This document shows positions 1 through 9,628 of a stretch of DNA of 64,000 bases, one piece after another (the first letter of the stretch is position 1; each line of letters opens with the position of its first letter). The stretch spans positions 28,964 through 92,963 of the forward strand of contig DATERJ010000012.1 in the NCBI GenBank assembly GCA_035271645.1. Direction: 5' to 3'. A model generated the notes under the pieces. That model was not told the origin of the DNA. It saw nothing but the letters and a program-made list of their open reading frames with translations, and did not search any database. The DNA comes from Candidatus Dojkabacteria bacterium (lineage in GTDB: Bacteria; Patescibacteriota; Dojkabacteria; SC72). The position numbers and the translations under genes are program-made.

Positions 1-172
1 ATATTATTAACTCTAAGACAGCATCCCCTAAGAACTCCAACCTCTCATTGTTTTTCAAACCTTTTCCTCTGTTTTCATTGAGGTATGACCTATGTGTAAA
101 GGCCGCCTTCAGAAGTCTTTTATCCTTAAACTCTACCCCTATTTTTTTTGCAATTTCATTATATATCTCCAC
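1..172 (-). CDS. rnc: Ribonuclease III, N-terminal part (truncated by window edge)
   Basis: Not in the ORF track. Manual translation from GTG at 172 gives [57 protein letters not shown], containing the RNase III signature [11 protein letters not shown]. Confidence 0.95.
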   Translation of the reverse strand, partial: MEIYNEIAKKIGVEFKDKRLLKAAFTHRSYLNENRGKGLKNNERLEFLGDAVLELII

Positions 173-614
173 TATCTTCTCCTTCCTGTTTTTTCATCTC
201 TTCATATATTGCCCCTAGTACACCATTTACAAATTTACCACTACTCTCTCCTCCAAACTCTTTGGCAGTTTCAATTGCTTCATCTATTGCTACTTTAGGA
301 GGTGTAATTTTTTCTGTAAAGCCTTCAAATATTGCAATTCTTAGAATTTGCAAATCAACTAATTTCATTTGTTGAATAGGCCATTGTGGGGCATATTTTG
401 TAATTAATGCATCTATCTCTTCTTTATGTTCTATCACACCGTTAATAATCTTCTCTCTTAGAGCTTCATCATACTCTTCAATTTCATCAATACTAACTAA
501 TTCTTCTAATGGAATTGATTCTGTGGTATTGGAATCAGTTAAGAAATATTTCATAAAGAGCTCTTGTAGAGCTAGTATTCGTGCTAAATGTCTAGGGTCA
601 GTTGATCTCTTCAT
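159..614 (-). CDS. nusB: Transcription antitermination factor NusB
   Basis: R..AR..ALQ N-terminus, [26 protein letters not shown] motifs. Confidence 0.95.
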   Translation of the reverse strand: MKRSTDPRHLARILALQELFMKYFLTDSNTTESIPLEELVSIDEIEEYDEALREKIINGVIEHKEEIDALITKYAPQWPIQQMKLVDLQILRIAIFEGFTEKITPPKVAIDEAIETAKEFGGESSGKFVNGVLGAIYEEMKKQEGEDSGDI

Positions 615-616
615 AT

Positions 617-775
617 CTACTTTTTATATGTACCACAATTAGCGCACTCAAAATGGCTTCTTTTTATTGCACCACATTTAGGGCATTTAGATACTCCTTT
701 TACCTCCAATGCGTTATGTGCTCTTCTTCTACCTTTTCGAGCTTTTGAAATTCTTCTTTTTGGTAATGCACCCAT
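617..775 (-). CDS. rpmF: 50S ribosomal protein L32 (zinc-ribbon form)
   Basis: Manual translation [52 protein letters not shown]; CxxC..CxxC; rpmF-nusB-rnc order. Confidence 0.95.
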   Translation of the reverse strand: MGALPKRRISKARKGRRRAHNALEVKGVSKCPKCGAIKRSHFECANCGTYKK

Positions 776-834
776 TTTTGTTTAAACTATATATTAACTT
801 GAAGATTATATTGTATTATCTCCTCTTTTTCAAC

Positions 835-3546
835 TTATTGTATCCAACTTTCTTTAATTTCAATTTCATCTCCTGGTTTTATTGTCTGTTCAATGATTCC
901 TTTAGCAATATTTCCTTCAATGCTATCTTGAATGTATCTTTTCATTGGTCTTGCACCTAACCCAGGCTCGTTAGATTTGTTTGCAATCAACATTGGTATC
1001 TGGTCTGACCATTTGATTGTTATTTCTCTTTCAGCAAGTCTCTTAGCAACTTGGTTTAGTTCTAGTATGGCTATTTCTGTAAGATTCTTAATATCATGTG
1101 GTTCAAATACAATTATTGCATCATACCTATTTAAGAACTCTGGTCTAAATGATTGCCTTATCTCAAGTAATGCTCTTTCTTTTGCCTCTTCCCACATAGT
1201 GTTCTGTTCTGCAAGGGCATCAAGTAGGATCTTGCTTCCTACATTGCTTGTGCAGATAATTATGGCATTTGTAAAATCAACAGTCTCACCGTATGCACTT
1301 GTTAATCGTCCTTCATCTAACAACTGAAGAAGTAGATCTAAGATGTTTGGATGTGCTTTCTCAATCTCATCAAAGAGGACTACTGTATGTGGATTACTCT
1401 TTATCTTATCAACCAATGTAATTTGTGCTTGTCCTAATGTATCTCCTCCCTCAGAAGAACCTAGGAATCTGTTTATACTAGACACTTCTTGATATTCTGA
1501 CATATCAACCCTAATCATGTCATCTCTTCCGAAATATTCTTCTGCTACTACCTTTGCAATGTATGTTTTACCCACACCAGTTGGTCCAACAAAGAGGAAT
1601 GAACCAATTGGTTTGTTGGGGTTTCTAATATCAGCTCTGGCTCTCCTAAGAGCTTCTGAGATTGCAATGACAGCTTCATCTTGTCCAACAACTCTCTGCT
1701 TGATATTCTCTTCAAGCTTCATCATTTTGTTGCTTTCATCTTGGTCTATCTCTGTAATATTAATATTCTTCTGTAATGAAATTGTCTTAGAAACATGTTC
1801 TGAAGTGATCTTTTGTATTCCATTTGCTTGTGCCCATGAACATGTTGCCTCTATGGTTTGTACTGCACTACTTGGAAGTTTCCTTTCTTTAATATATCTC
1901 TGTGCTAACTCTACAGCTGAAACAAGTGCAGGGAATGTTATATAGCAGTTAAAGTTCTGCTCTAATGAGTCGACTTTGGTTTCTAGAATGTAGAGTGCAT
2001 CAGCTGCTGATATCTCACTTACTTCAATATTTGTAAAACTTTGTCGTAAAGACTCATTACTGTAAAAATATTTCTTGTAATCAGCATAGTTAATACTTCC
2101 CACTATTGGGAATTGGCTGTTGAGAATGAAGGGGAGCATAATACCAGCAATACTGTGTCCACTCTCCCCTGCTTTTCTAGGAATAATCTCTTGAATTTCA
2201 TCGATGTAAAGAATTACATTACCAGCATTAGCTAGCTCAGTCATTGATTTAATGATGACCTCTTCCATGTTTGATTGGCTTTGTGAATATGCAATTAGTT
2301 GGTTGATATCTAACTCAACAATCTTCTTGTCTCTTAATTGTATTGGTACATCTCCATGGTTGATTTTTTGAGCTACACCTAAGATGATGCTAGACTTACC
2401 TACTCCAGCCTCTCCTACTAGAAGAGCGTTCTTGTTAGATATCTTTCCAAGTGTAGATATCAATGTTTCAACTTCATCATCATGTCCAATACCAAAGACA
2501 TCATTTGATTTAGCAACGGCAAGATTTACTTCTTTGCTAAAATGACTTAACACAAATGTCCACCCATAGATCCACGAATTTCCAATGCCTCCTGTCCTAA
2601 AGTATGGGTAATCTGGATTTAATGGTCTAGATTTCTTGCTATCTCTGTAGTTCCAGTACTCTATGACCTCTCTAAAGATATCAATATTTATATTATTCTT
2701 TTGTAGAAGTTTTTCCAATGCTGGAGATATCTTAGTTATTGCTAAGAAAAGGTGTTCAGGCAGTATTTGGTCACTATTTGTAAGAAGAGCCTCTTCTAGT
2801 GCATATGTTTGTAGTGCTGTGATTGCGGAGATTGGGTAATTAGGGACATGTTCTGTTGTTATTCCTGCTTCATCTAAGGTTGTTGTGGTGAATGTTATAC
2901 CACTTCTTCTAACCAGCTGTTGAACTTCATAATTATTTGTCAAAAGGTCTTTGTAAAGGTTAAGAGTGTAGAGGTTTCCTTTTTGTGTAAAGTTTCCTAG
3001 GTAGTCGATTGCTTCATTTGAGATGTAATTAACGGTTTCCATCTTTGCATATCTTCCGAATTTGAACCCAACAGCTTTGATCTCATCAAAATCTTTTTGT
3101 GGTATATTCTTTATCTTAGGTAATTTAATTACCTTGCTTCGTTCATTGTAGAAGTCATGCCAGAGTAAGATTAGTGAAAAGACAGACACTCCAAAGAGAG
3201 AGTTGATAATTCCAGAGTTAAGAATTTTTAGGATAGTTGGGTAGTTTTCTAGGATGTTTAGGAATTTTAATATATATCCAGCAGCAATGATTAGCCCTGG
3301 GATTAGCAATATGGTTATTATTATGTTTTTTACTTCTTCAAATTTTTCATATTTCGGATTACTTGTTAGATAGTATTCCATCTGTGGATTTGTAATTGAG
3401 AAGAAGTGGTCTCTAGTGAGAAGAAAGAGAGAATGGTTATCATCTGTTGGAAGTGGATATTTTTTTTCAACAACAGAGAAGGAGTTTCTCTTTCTGTTAT
3501 GCATTCCAATTATTGTTTTGTATTTGCTTCCAAAGTCTATTGCCAT
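835..3546 (-). CDS. ClpA/B/C-family double AAA+ ATPase with N-terminal transmembrane extension
   Basis: Walker A GEAGVGKS and GPTGVGKT, Walker B LYIDE and LFDEIEKAH, GARP motif; two hydrophobic helices near the N-terminus. Confidence 0.9.
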   Translation of the reverse strand: MAIDFGSKYKTIIGMHNRKRNSFSVVEKKYPLPTDDNHSLFLLTRDHFFSITNPQMEYYLTSNPKYEKFEEVKNIIITILLIPGLIIAAGYILKFLNILENYPTILKILNSGIINSLFGVSVFSLILLWHDFYNERSKVIKLPKIKNIPQKDFDEIKAVGFKFGRYAKMETVNYISNEAIDYLGNFTQKGNLYTLNLYKDLLTNNYEVQQLVRRSGITFTTTTLDEAGITTEHVPNYPISAITALQTYALEEALLTNSDQILPEHLFLAITKISPALEKLLQKNNINIDIFREVIEYWNYRDSKKSRPLNPDYPYFRTGGIGNSWIYGWTFVLSHFSKEVNLAVAKSNDVFGIGHDDEVETLISTLGKISNKNALLVGEAGVGKSSIILGVAQKINHGDVPIQLRDKKIVELDINQLIAYSQSQSNMEEVIIKSMTELANAGNVILYIDEIQEIIPRKAGESGHSIAGIMLPFILNSQFPIVGSINYADYKKYFYSNESLRQSFTNIEVSEISAADALYILETKVDSLEQNFNCYITFPALVSAVELAQRYIKERKLPSSAVQTIEATCSWAQANGIQKITSEHVSKTISLQKNINITEIDQDESNKMMKLEENIKQRVVGQDEAVIAISEALRRARADIRNPNKPIGSFLFVGPTGVGKTYIAKVVAEEYFGRDDMIRVDMSEYQEVSSINRFLGSSEGGDTLGQAQITLVDKIKSNPHTVVLFDEIEKAHPNILDLLLQLLDEGRLTSAYGETVDFTNAIIICTSNVGSKILLDALAEQNTMWEEAKERALLEIRQSFRPEFLNRYDAIIVFEPHDIKNLTEIAILELNQVAKRLAEREITIKWSDQIPMLIANKSNEPGLGARPMKRYIQDSIEGNIAKGIIEQTIKPGDEIEIKESWIQ

Positions 3547-3548
3547 GT

Positions 3549-3950
3549 CTATTTCTTAATTAATGACATTATGATAAATGTGATAGTTGCGATTGGTAGG
3601 AGTAGCCAAGTTAGTATGAAGATTATGAAGAGAATCATAGCAAGTAAGTAGAAAGTGATTGCAATTGGTAGGTAGAGTATTTTAATTACAATTCCAAAGA
3701 TAAGGCCGAAGATAGTTCTGTCTCTGTGCCATGGGACAAAGAAATTTTTAAAAAGAAGCGAGATTGACAGATTATCATCGATTACGGTTGATAATCTCCC
3801 AAGTACTCTAAGATATCGTGATGGCATTTTTACATACCACCAGTTTAGAAAGTCTTGGATAAAGAAAAGGAAAATCTTGGAATATGAGTCTGTTTTAACA
3901 GTTTGTATTAGTTGTTGTCCGCTGTTATCTACGGTATTTTGTTGTTTCAT
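3549..3950 (-). CDS. Small membrane protein directly upstream of the Clp ATPase
   Basis: 133-aa ORF with hydrophobic C-terminal helices; stop codon 2 nt before the Clp ATPase start. Confidence 0.75.
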   Translation of the reverse strand: MKQQNTVDNSGQQLIQTVKTDSYSKIFLFFIQDFLNWWYVKMPSRYLRVLGRLSTVIDDNLSISLLFKNFFVPWHRDRTIFGLIFGIVIKILYLPIAITFYLLAMILFIIFILTWLLLPIATITFIIMSLIKK

Positions 3951-4062
3951 TTTGGGCAGTTTTTTCTCTACTTACAGTTTATCGCAAGTAGATATCGCCT
4001 GTCAATTTTTTCTTTTATGATAGGAGTTAATGTGGTTTTTATTTGTCTGTTTTTCTTCGGAT

Positions 4063-4497
4063 TTACTCTACCTCGACTACCCCGTTTTCTAAAATAGTGA
4101 CAGTCATGTCATCTTGAACGTAGTTTAAGAACTCGTCTCCCAAAGAATCGATTGTTGGCATACTGTTATCTGTCCATACATCTGCTAAGATAGCTCCTGC
4201 TGCTGCTAGTGAGTCAATGGGTTTGGAAAACAGTAATGCACCAGGACTACAGTTCGTTACCGCTGCATTGTACAAGACCATACCTCCTGTTGTTGAACCA
4301 ATGGTTTGTGGTAAGCATAGGGCAACTCCTACAGTTGATTTGCCATACAGATCTTTGTTGTTTTGATCTGTACAGATATTCTTTCCCTCCTTACAATCTT
4401 TATACGATGCCAATGTATTAAAACCAGTATGTGATACTAAGGCTTTTAGCTTACAAGTACCTGGTACTACAACTCTTCCTTTAAATGTTTTTTTCAT
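4063..4497 (-). CDS. Aconitase X small (swivel, DUF126-like) subunit
   Basis: FKGR..VPG N-terminus, GSTTG motif, adjacent to an AcnX large subunit. Confidence 0.85.
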   Translation of the reverse strand: MKKTFKGRVVVPGTCKLKALVSHTGFNTLASYKDCKEGKNICTDQNNKDLYGKSTVGVALCLPQTIGSTTGGMVLYNAAVTNCSPGALLFSKPIDSLAAAGAILADVWTDNSMPTIDSLGDEFLNYVQDDMTVTILENGVVEVE

Positions 4498-4509
4498 TTT
4501 TCTTATCTT

Positions 4510-5769
4510 TTATATAATTTGTTCTAAAATCTCATCATCAGAATAATATTTAGATGAAGTATAGGTTCTTAATTTGTTTGAATTTGTAATAACTGGCATT
4601 TTTGCACATAGTGGATTATTCATATACATTAAAGGACATATATAGCTTGTAACTACACCCATCTCTTTTAACTTCTTAGCATTCTCTGTATTCTCAAATT
4701 CTTTCAAAACAGCTGGAGCAGAAGTAAAGACAGTTTTAATTCTAATCTTTTTCTTTCCTTTTGCTTTTAGAGCTTCTTCTAACTTCTCTGTCCAGTCATT
4801 AAGTTGTTTTAGACTCATATGTGGACAGCCCATGAAGCATAGTTTTGGTTTAGCATCAGGATTTTTCCAAATGCATGGATAGCTTTTCTTTACCCTTTCT
4901 AATTCAGCATCATCTACTATGTAGACTTTAGCGTTTTCATTAATCAAGTTTTCTTTTAATTCAACTGCTTCTGGGGTTAGATTTTCAACATGGTATAGTC
5001 CAACTGAGCCATTAGATGCCGTAGCTGCACCGAAGTCTTTTAAGTATGATAATGTGTCTTCATCTAAAGTGGTTCCTAACCATTTATCTAAACCTTTAAT
5101 ATATGGAACATCTTCTAAAACTTTCATCCCTATCGCAGAACCTAGTAGTTGTGCTTCTGGTTTCTTTGTTGTCTTTACTTCAACAATCCAGTTAGCTTTT
5201 CTTCCTTCATCAGTAAGAAGACCAAAGTAAGGGACATAGCCAACGATTGATCCAAACATTTCAATAATGCCAGAGTTACGATTGCATCTTGCTCCCAATA
5301 CAGAGTTTGCATAGTTTACAGCACTTGATTCTGCCCAAGAGAGAATGTCTCCTTTTTCGGGTATGTTACCTACTTCTGGAAGATATGCTGCACAGGTAAA
5401 AGCATCGTCTGAGAGAAGTCCTATCTTTTTAAGTTGATCTTCATATCGCTTTTGTGGTCCATACATGATTTTGAAAACAAGGTCTTGGAGGATATTCTTA
5501 GGTACATTTGGATCTAGTGGTCTAGGGTCTGCTGAGAATTTTTGTTTTGACTCAACTTCTGCATCAAGAAGTACATCCATTAAGTCAAAGACTCCTTTTA
5601 CAACTATGACTCCAAAACTAGTTACAATATGTCCGTATTTGCTAGTAACAGGAACCATTTTAGTAGCACCAAAGGTTTCTCCGTACATGACTAATGTCTT
5701 CATTATCTTAGCCATTACTTCACCTTGCTGACCATCTAAAATTGCTTGTTGTTCTTTTGTTAATTCCAT
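4510..5769 (-). CDS. Aconitase X large/catalytic (DUF521-like) subunit
   Basis: M.LT.EQ..ILDG..GE start, TCA.Y, WAESSA..YANSVLGAR.NR, GCPH and TNS.K motifs. Confidence 0.9.
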   Translation of the reverse strand: MELTKEQQAILDGQQGEVMAKIMKTLVMYGETFGATKMVPVTSKYGHIVTSFGVIVVKGVFDLMDVLLDAEVESKQKFSADPRPLDPNVPKNILQDLVFKIMYGPQKRYEDQLKKIGLLSDDAFTCAAYLPEVGNIPEKGDILSWAESSAVNYANSVLGARCNRNSGIIEMFGSIVGYVPYFGLLTDEGRKANWIVEVKTTKKPEAQLLGSAIGMKVLEDVPYIKGLDKWLGTTLDEDTLSYLKDFGAATASNGSVGLYHVENLTPEAVELKENLINENAKVYIVDDAELERVKKSYPCIWKNPDAKPKLCFMGCPHMSLKQLNDWTEKLEEALKAKGKKKIRIKTVFTSAPAVLKEFENTENAKKLKEMGVVTSYICPLMYMNNPLCAKMPVITNSNKLRTYTSSKYYSDDEILEQII

Positions 5770-5781
5770 ATATTTGTTTTA

Positions 5782-7842
5782 CTAAATTTTCATTCCAACA
5801 TCCCACGCTCTCCATGTGACTGTTCTTAAGTTACCAACCTCATTGCAATCACCTACGAGATGGACTTTTCGATTTGTTTCAGGGATTGTTTTTGGATTGT
5901 AGCCTACTGACATAATGACAGTATCTGCTTCTATGAATATTTCTTCTCCATCTTTGTTCATTATCTTAACTCCATCCTTTGTAATCTCTTGAACAGCAGA
6001 TTCTAAGTGAACCTCAACATTATTTAGTGCAAAGAACTCTCTGAGATATGAACTGTTTGCTAAACAAACTCCTCTTACAGCTATTAAATCATTCCTTGCT
6101 TCAACGATAATAGGTATTTTTCCTTTTTGGTATAGGTCTAATGCAATCTCACAACCGGTTAAACCTCCACCAATGATTATAACTTTTTCACCAGCTTTGG
6201 AGTTGTCTTTCAAATAGTCACATGCTTCAATTGTATTCTCAATTCCTTTTATCTTTAATCTCTTTGGTGTTGCCCCTATTGCAACAATTACTTCATCTGC
6301 ATCTATTTCATCAATATTAGTCACTTCCGTATTAAACTTAATTTCAATTTGTAAATCTTGCATCTCTTTTTCGTACCAATCAAGCAAGGCTCTCTCTTTA
6401 TCTTTAAAACCAGGTGTTGAAGCATATTTAAATACTCCTCCTACCCTATCACTTTTTTCATAAATTGTTGCCTTGTGTCCTCGTAGTGTTAAGAGTCTTG
6501 CAACTTCCATTCCCCCTATTCCTGCACCAATAACTGCAATGTGTTTAGGATTATTTGTTTTTACAATCTTGTATTTCTTAGATTGCATAGTAGTTGGGTT
6601 TAGTGCACATCTAGCCATACCTGCATTATCTGAAAGTGCTTGGTCATTCCCTACTCCTTTGTAGTGAGCCATATTAAAACATGCATTATGACAACCAATA
6701 CATGGCTTTATACTTTCCTCATCACCATTCATGAGTTTAGTAATCCACTCTGGATCAGTGAGGAATTGTCTAGCAACTCCCATTGCATCAATTCTGCCCT
6801 CTTTTATCGATCCTGCTCCTGCTGATGGTGTCATTCTACCTGCACAAACTACTGGAATATCTACATACTTCCTAATCTCTTCAACATCTTTAAGGTTACA
6901 GTTGTAAGGCATATACCCTGGAGGATGAGCCCAGTACCAAGCATCATATGTTCCATTGTCACAATTTAACATGTCATATCCTGCATCTTGTAGATATTTT
7001 GCAGCACGTTTTGATTCCTCCATATCTCTTCCTACTTCAGTATATTCTTCACCTGGGAGTGCTCCTTGTCCGAATCCTTTTGTCTTAGAAACGACCGAAT
7101 ATCTGAGTGATACTGGAAAATCTTTTCCACACTCTTTTTTAATTGCTTGCACTATTTCAATAGGAAATCTATATCTATTCTCAAATGAACCTCCATACTT
7201 ATCATCTCTAAAGTTTGTATATTTCATTGTAAATTGATCAAGAAGATAGCCTTCATGAACAGCATGAATTTCAATACCGTCTACTCCTGCCTCTTGGCAA
7301 AGTTTAGCTGTTTTAGCAAAACCTTCAATTATCTCCTGTATTTCTTCAACTGTCATAGGTCTAGACATTACAGAATCATCCCAACGATTTGGTGTTGCAC
7401 TTGCACTAGCTGTTAGGTAGTCAACATCTAGAACTGGTTTGAGAAGTGTTCCTAAGAATTTGTTGTGATGAGCTTCAATCATTAGGTGGTTAATTGCTAG
7501 ACTTCTTCCAAAACCTGCTGTTAATTGGATGAATAGTTTAGAACCTGTTTTGTGGAATTCATCCATGAACTCTTTAAGTTCTCGGAATTTGCCTTTACCT
7601 TGGTAGAGCCATTTTCCCCAAAGGATATCACGAATTGGAGCAATACCAGGGAGTATTAGTCCTACATTATTCCTTGCTCTTTCTAAAATGAAATTGGCTG
7701 CCTCTTTGTCAAAATGATTACCCAATGGTTCCATCCATCCAAAGAGTGATGTACCACCCATAGATGTCATAACAATCCTGTTTTTGATTTCAAGATTACC
7801 AATCTTCCATGGGGTGAATAGTGGTTTGTACTCTTGTTTCAT
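5782..7842 (-). CDS. NADH:flavin oxidoreductase (old yellow enzyme / 2-enoate reductase family, FMN-Fe/S-FAD)
   Basis: IKNRIVM, HAVHEGYLLDQF, N.RDDKYGGSFENR, CIGCHNAC Fe-S motif, two GxGxxG Rossmann motifs; strong SD AAAGGAG upstream. Confidence 0.9.
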   Translation of the reverse strand: MKQEYKPLFTPWKIGNLEIKNRIVMTSMGGTSLFGWMEPLGNHFDKEAANFILERARNNVGLILPGIAPIRDILWGKWLYQGKGKFRELKEFMDEFHKTGSKLFIQLTAGFGRSLAINHLMIEAHHNKFLGTLLKPVLDVDYLTASASATPNRWDDSVMSRPMTVEEIQEIIEGFAKTAKLCQEAGVDGIEIHAVHEGYLLDQFTMKYTNFRDDKYGGSFENRYRFPIEIVQAIKKECGKDFPVSLRYSVVSKTKGFGQGALPGEEYTEVGRDMEESKRAAKYLQDAGYDMLNCDNGTYDAWYWAHPPGYMPYNCNLKDVEEIRKYVDIPVVCAGRMTPSAGAGSIKEGRIDAMGVARQFLTDPEWITKLMNGDEESIKPCIGCHNACFNMAHYKGVGNDQALSDNAGMARCALNPTTMQSKKYKIVKTNNPKHIAVIGAGIGGMEVARLLTLRGHKATIYEKSDRVGGVFKYASTPGFKDKERALLDWYEKEMQDLQIEIKFNTEVTNIDEIDADEVIVAIGATPKRLKIKGIENTIEACDYLKDNSKAGEKVIIIGGGLTGCEIALDLYQKGKIPIIVEARNDLIAVRGVCLANSSYLREFFALNNVEVHLESAVQEITKDGVKIMNKDGEEIFIEADTVIMSVGYNPKTIPETNRKVHLVGDCNEVGNLRTVTWRAWDVGMKI

Positions 7843-7936
7843 AAACCTTTCTCCTTTAATTTAGATATGAATTAAAAGATACGATTTGATACTAAATAGT
7901 ACAGAGTTAAGTTGTGGATTGCAAGGAGCTGGCTTT

Positions 7937-8120
7937 AAGGTCTGACCTAGGTCTGTCCCCCAATTTCCACCCCCTTCTGCCTGTCTATCAAGGTTTGTTG
8001 GTTTGGATACTTCTGATGACAGCTTACAAAGTTCATCCGAAATACGACGCTTTGGACTAGGAAACCGTTGTACAAGGAGAGAACCTTTGAACATGGAAGG
8101 TCTGACCTACCCCAGACCTT
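7937..8120. mobile_element. REP/REPIN- or MITE-like element, copy 1 (184 bp)
   Basis: Ends AAGGTCTGACCTAGGTCTGTCCCC and AAGGTCTGACCTACCCCAGACCTT; core 7985-8075 is 84/91 identical to the reverse complement of 61046-61136. Confidence 0.8.
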
Positions 8121-8130
8121 GGTAAGCTTC

Positions 8131-8147
8131 TGTGGTAGAATATCTCT
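8131..8147 (+). promoter_or_regulatory. Extended -10 promoter of a leaderless dus transcript
   Basis: TGTGG-TAGAAT followed by 6 nt and the ATG at 8148; no SD. Confidence 0.6.
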
Positions 8148-9092
8148 ATGAACATATACAGACAGATACTTAAGAAGAAAGGTCACATTCTGGCCCTTGC
8201 CCCTATGGAAGGTGTTACTGACACTGTTTTTAGGCAGGTTTTATGCAAAATTGGTAAACCAGATCTGTTTTTTACAGAATTTCTTAATGTTGAAGGTTTC
8301 TGTTCTAAAGGAAGGGAGAAAGTTATACATAGGTTGGATTTTAGGAATATTGAGAAACCTGTGGTTGTACAACTTTGGGGGAATGTTCCTGAGTATTATG
8401 CTGAAACTGTTGAATATGTAAAGACTCTTAATCCAGATGGTATAGATATTAACATGGGTTGTTCTGTTAGAGATGTGCTTTCTAGTGGAAGAGGTTCTGC
8501 TTTGATAAATGACAAGGTATTAGCTAAGGAGATAATTGATGTTGTTAAGGAGAGTGCAGGTGATTTACCTGTTAGTGTGAAGACTAGGATTGGTTTTGAC
8601 AAGATTGATACAGAGGAATGGATTGGCTTTTTGCTTGAGCAAGGTTTGGATATGATTACGGTTCATGGAAGACTTTCGAGAGAGGGTTACTCTACTCCAT
8701 CTAGGTGGGATGAGATAGCCAAGTGTGTAAAGTTAAGAAATGAAATTGCTCCTGATACTATTGTTTTAGGAAATGGTGATGTGAAGGATATTGAACAGGC
8801 TAAGGAATATGTAGATAGATATGGTGTTGATGGCGTTATGATTGGTAGAGCTATACTGACTAATCCATGGTTGTTTAGTGGTAGGAAGCCAGAGGATATA
8901 TCTAAGGAAGAGAGAGTTGAGGTTCTAAAAAAACATTTAGAGATTTTTGAGAAAGAAAGAGGAGAGATGAATATATTTAACAGTCAGAAGAAGTATATTA
9001 AGGCATACATTAGTAATTTTGATACAGCAGGAGAATTGAGATCTAAGCTTATGGATACAAGTAGTTCTCTGGAGATTATGGATATACTTTGA
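8148..9092 (+). CDS. dus: tRNA-dihydrouridine synthase
   Basis: LAPMEGVTD, DINMGC, VSVKTRIG, TVHGR, NGDV, GVMIGR motifs. Confidence 0.95.
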   Translation: MNIYRQILKKKGHILALAPMEGVTDTVFRQVLCKIGKPDLFFTEFLNVEGFCSKGREKVIHRLDFRNIEKPVVVQLWGNVPEYYAETVEYVKTLNPDGIDINMGCSVRDVLSSGRGSALINDKVLAKEIIDVVKESAGDLPVSVKTRIGFDKIDTEEWIGFLLEQGLDMITVHGRLSREGYSTPSRWDEIAKCVKLRNEIAPDTIVLGNGDVKDIEQAKEYVDRYGVDGVMIGRAILTNPWLFSGRKPEDISKEERVEVLKKHLEIFEKERGEMNIFNSQKKYIKAYISNFDTAGELRSKLMDTSSSLEIMDIL

Positions 9093-9103
9093 TAGTATGT
9101 AGT

Positions 9104-9628
9104 ATGGAATTGACCACAGTTTTAATCATTTCTTTTCTAATTATCTCTTCAGTTGGTACCCTACTCCACTTTACTCATAATTGGATAAAGAGAGGTTTTC
9201 TTTTACACCTGTTCTCTGCACTTAATGAGAGTACTTGGGAGCATATGAAGTTACTTCTTCTTCCTACATTGTTAGCTTCAGTATTCCAGATTTTTGTTTT
9301 TAAAGGTAGGTATGGGAATATGAATAGTGCGATATTGGTGTTGTTGTTAGTAGAACTTTTAGCTATGCCTTTGATATTTGAACCTTTGAGGGTTGTATTT
9401 AAGAAGGTTCATTTTGGGATAACTATTGGGATTTTCTTTGTTAGTATTGCTTTAGGTTTGTTAGCTGAGTATTACATTTTGATTAACAACATTATTGTTT
9501 TTAATGAGGTTGTAGCAGGTATTTTGATTTATATTGTTGTAATTCTTTTTGGAATATTTACTTTCTTTCCACCTAAGTTTTTCCTCTTTAAAGATCCTGT
9601 TACTGGGAGGTATGGGGATATTAGTTAG
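9104..9628 (+). CDS. Membrane protein (DUF6512-like); ATG at 9104 more likely than TTG at 9089
   Basis: GTLLHF..., NESTWEHMKL motif, multiple TM helices. Confidence 0.65.
   Translation: MELTTVLIISFLIISSVGTLLHFTHNWIKRGFLLHLFSALNESTWEHMKLLLLPTLLASVFQIFVFKGRYGNMNSAILVLLLVELLAMPLIFEPLRVVFKKVHFGITIGIFFVSIALGLLAEYYILINNIIVFNEVVAGILIYIVVILFGIFTFFPPKFFLFKDPVTGRYGDIS

Noticed and set aside
1001-1011. TGGTCTGACCA palindrome resembling the repeat terminus
   Set aside because: Single 11-mer inside the Clp ATPase coding sequence (WSDQ), with no second unit or partner; probably chance
7861-8186. ORFs 7861..8094 and 7947..8186 as genes
   Set aside because: They run across the repeat element, and their starts and stops are not preserved in the 61001 copy
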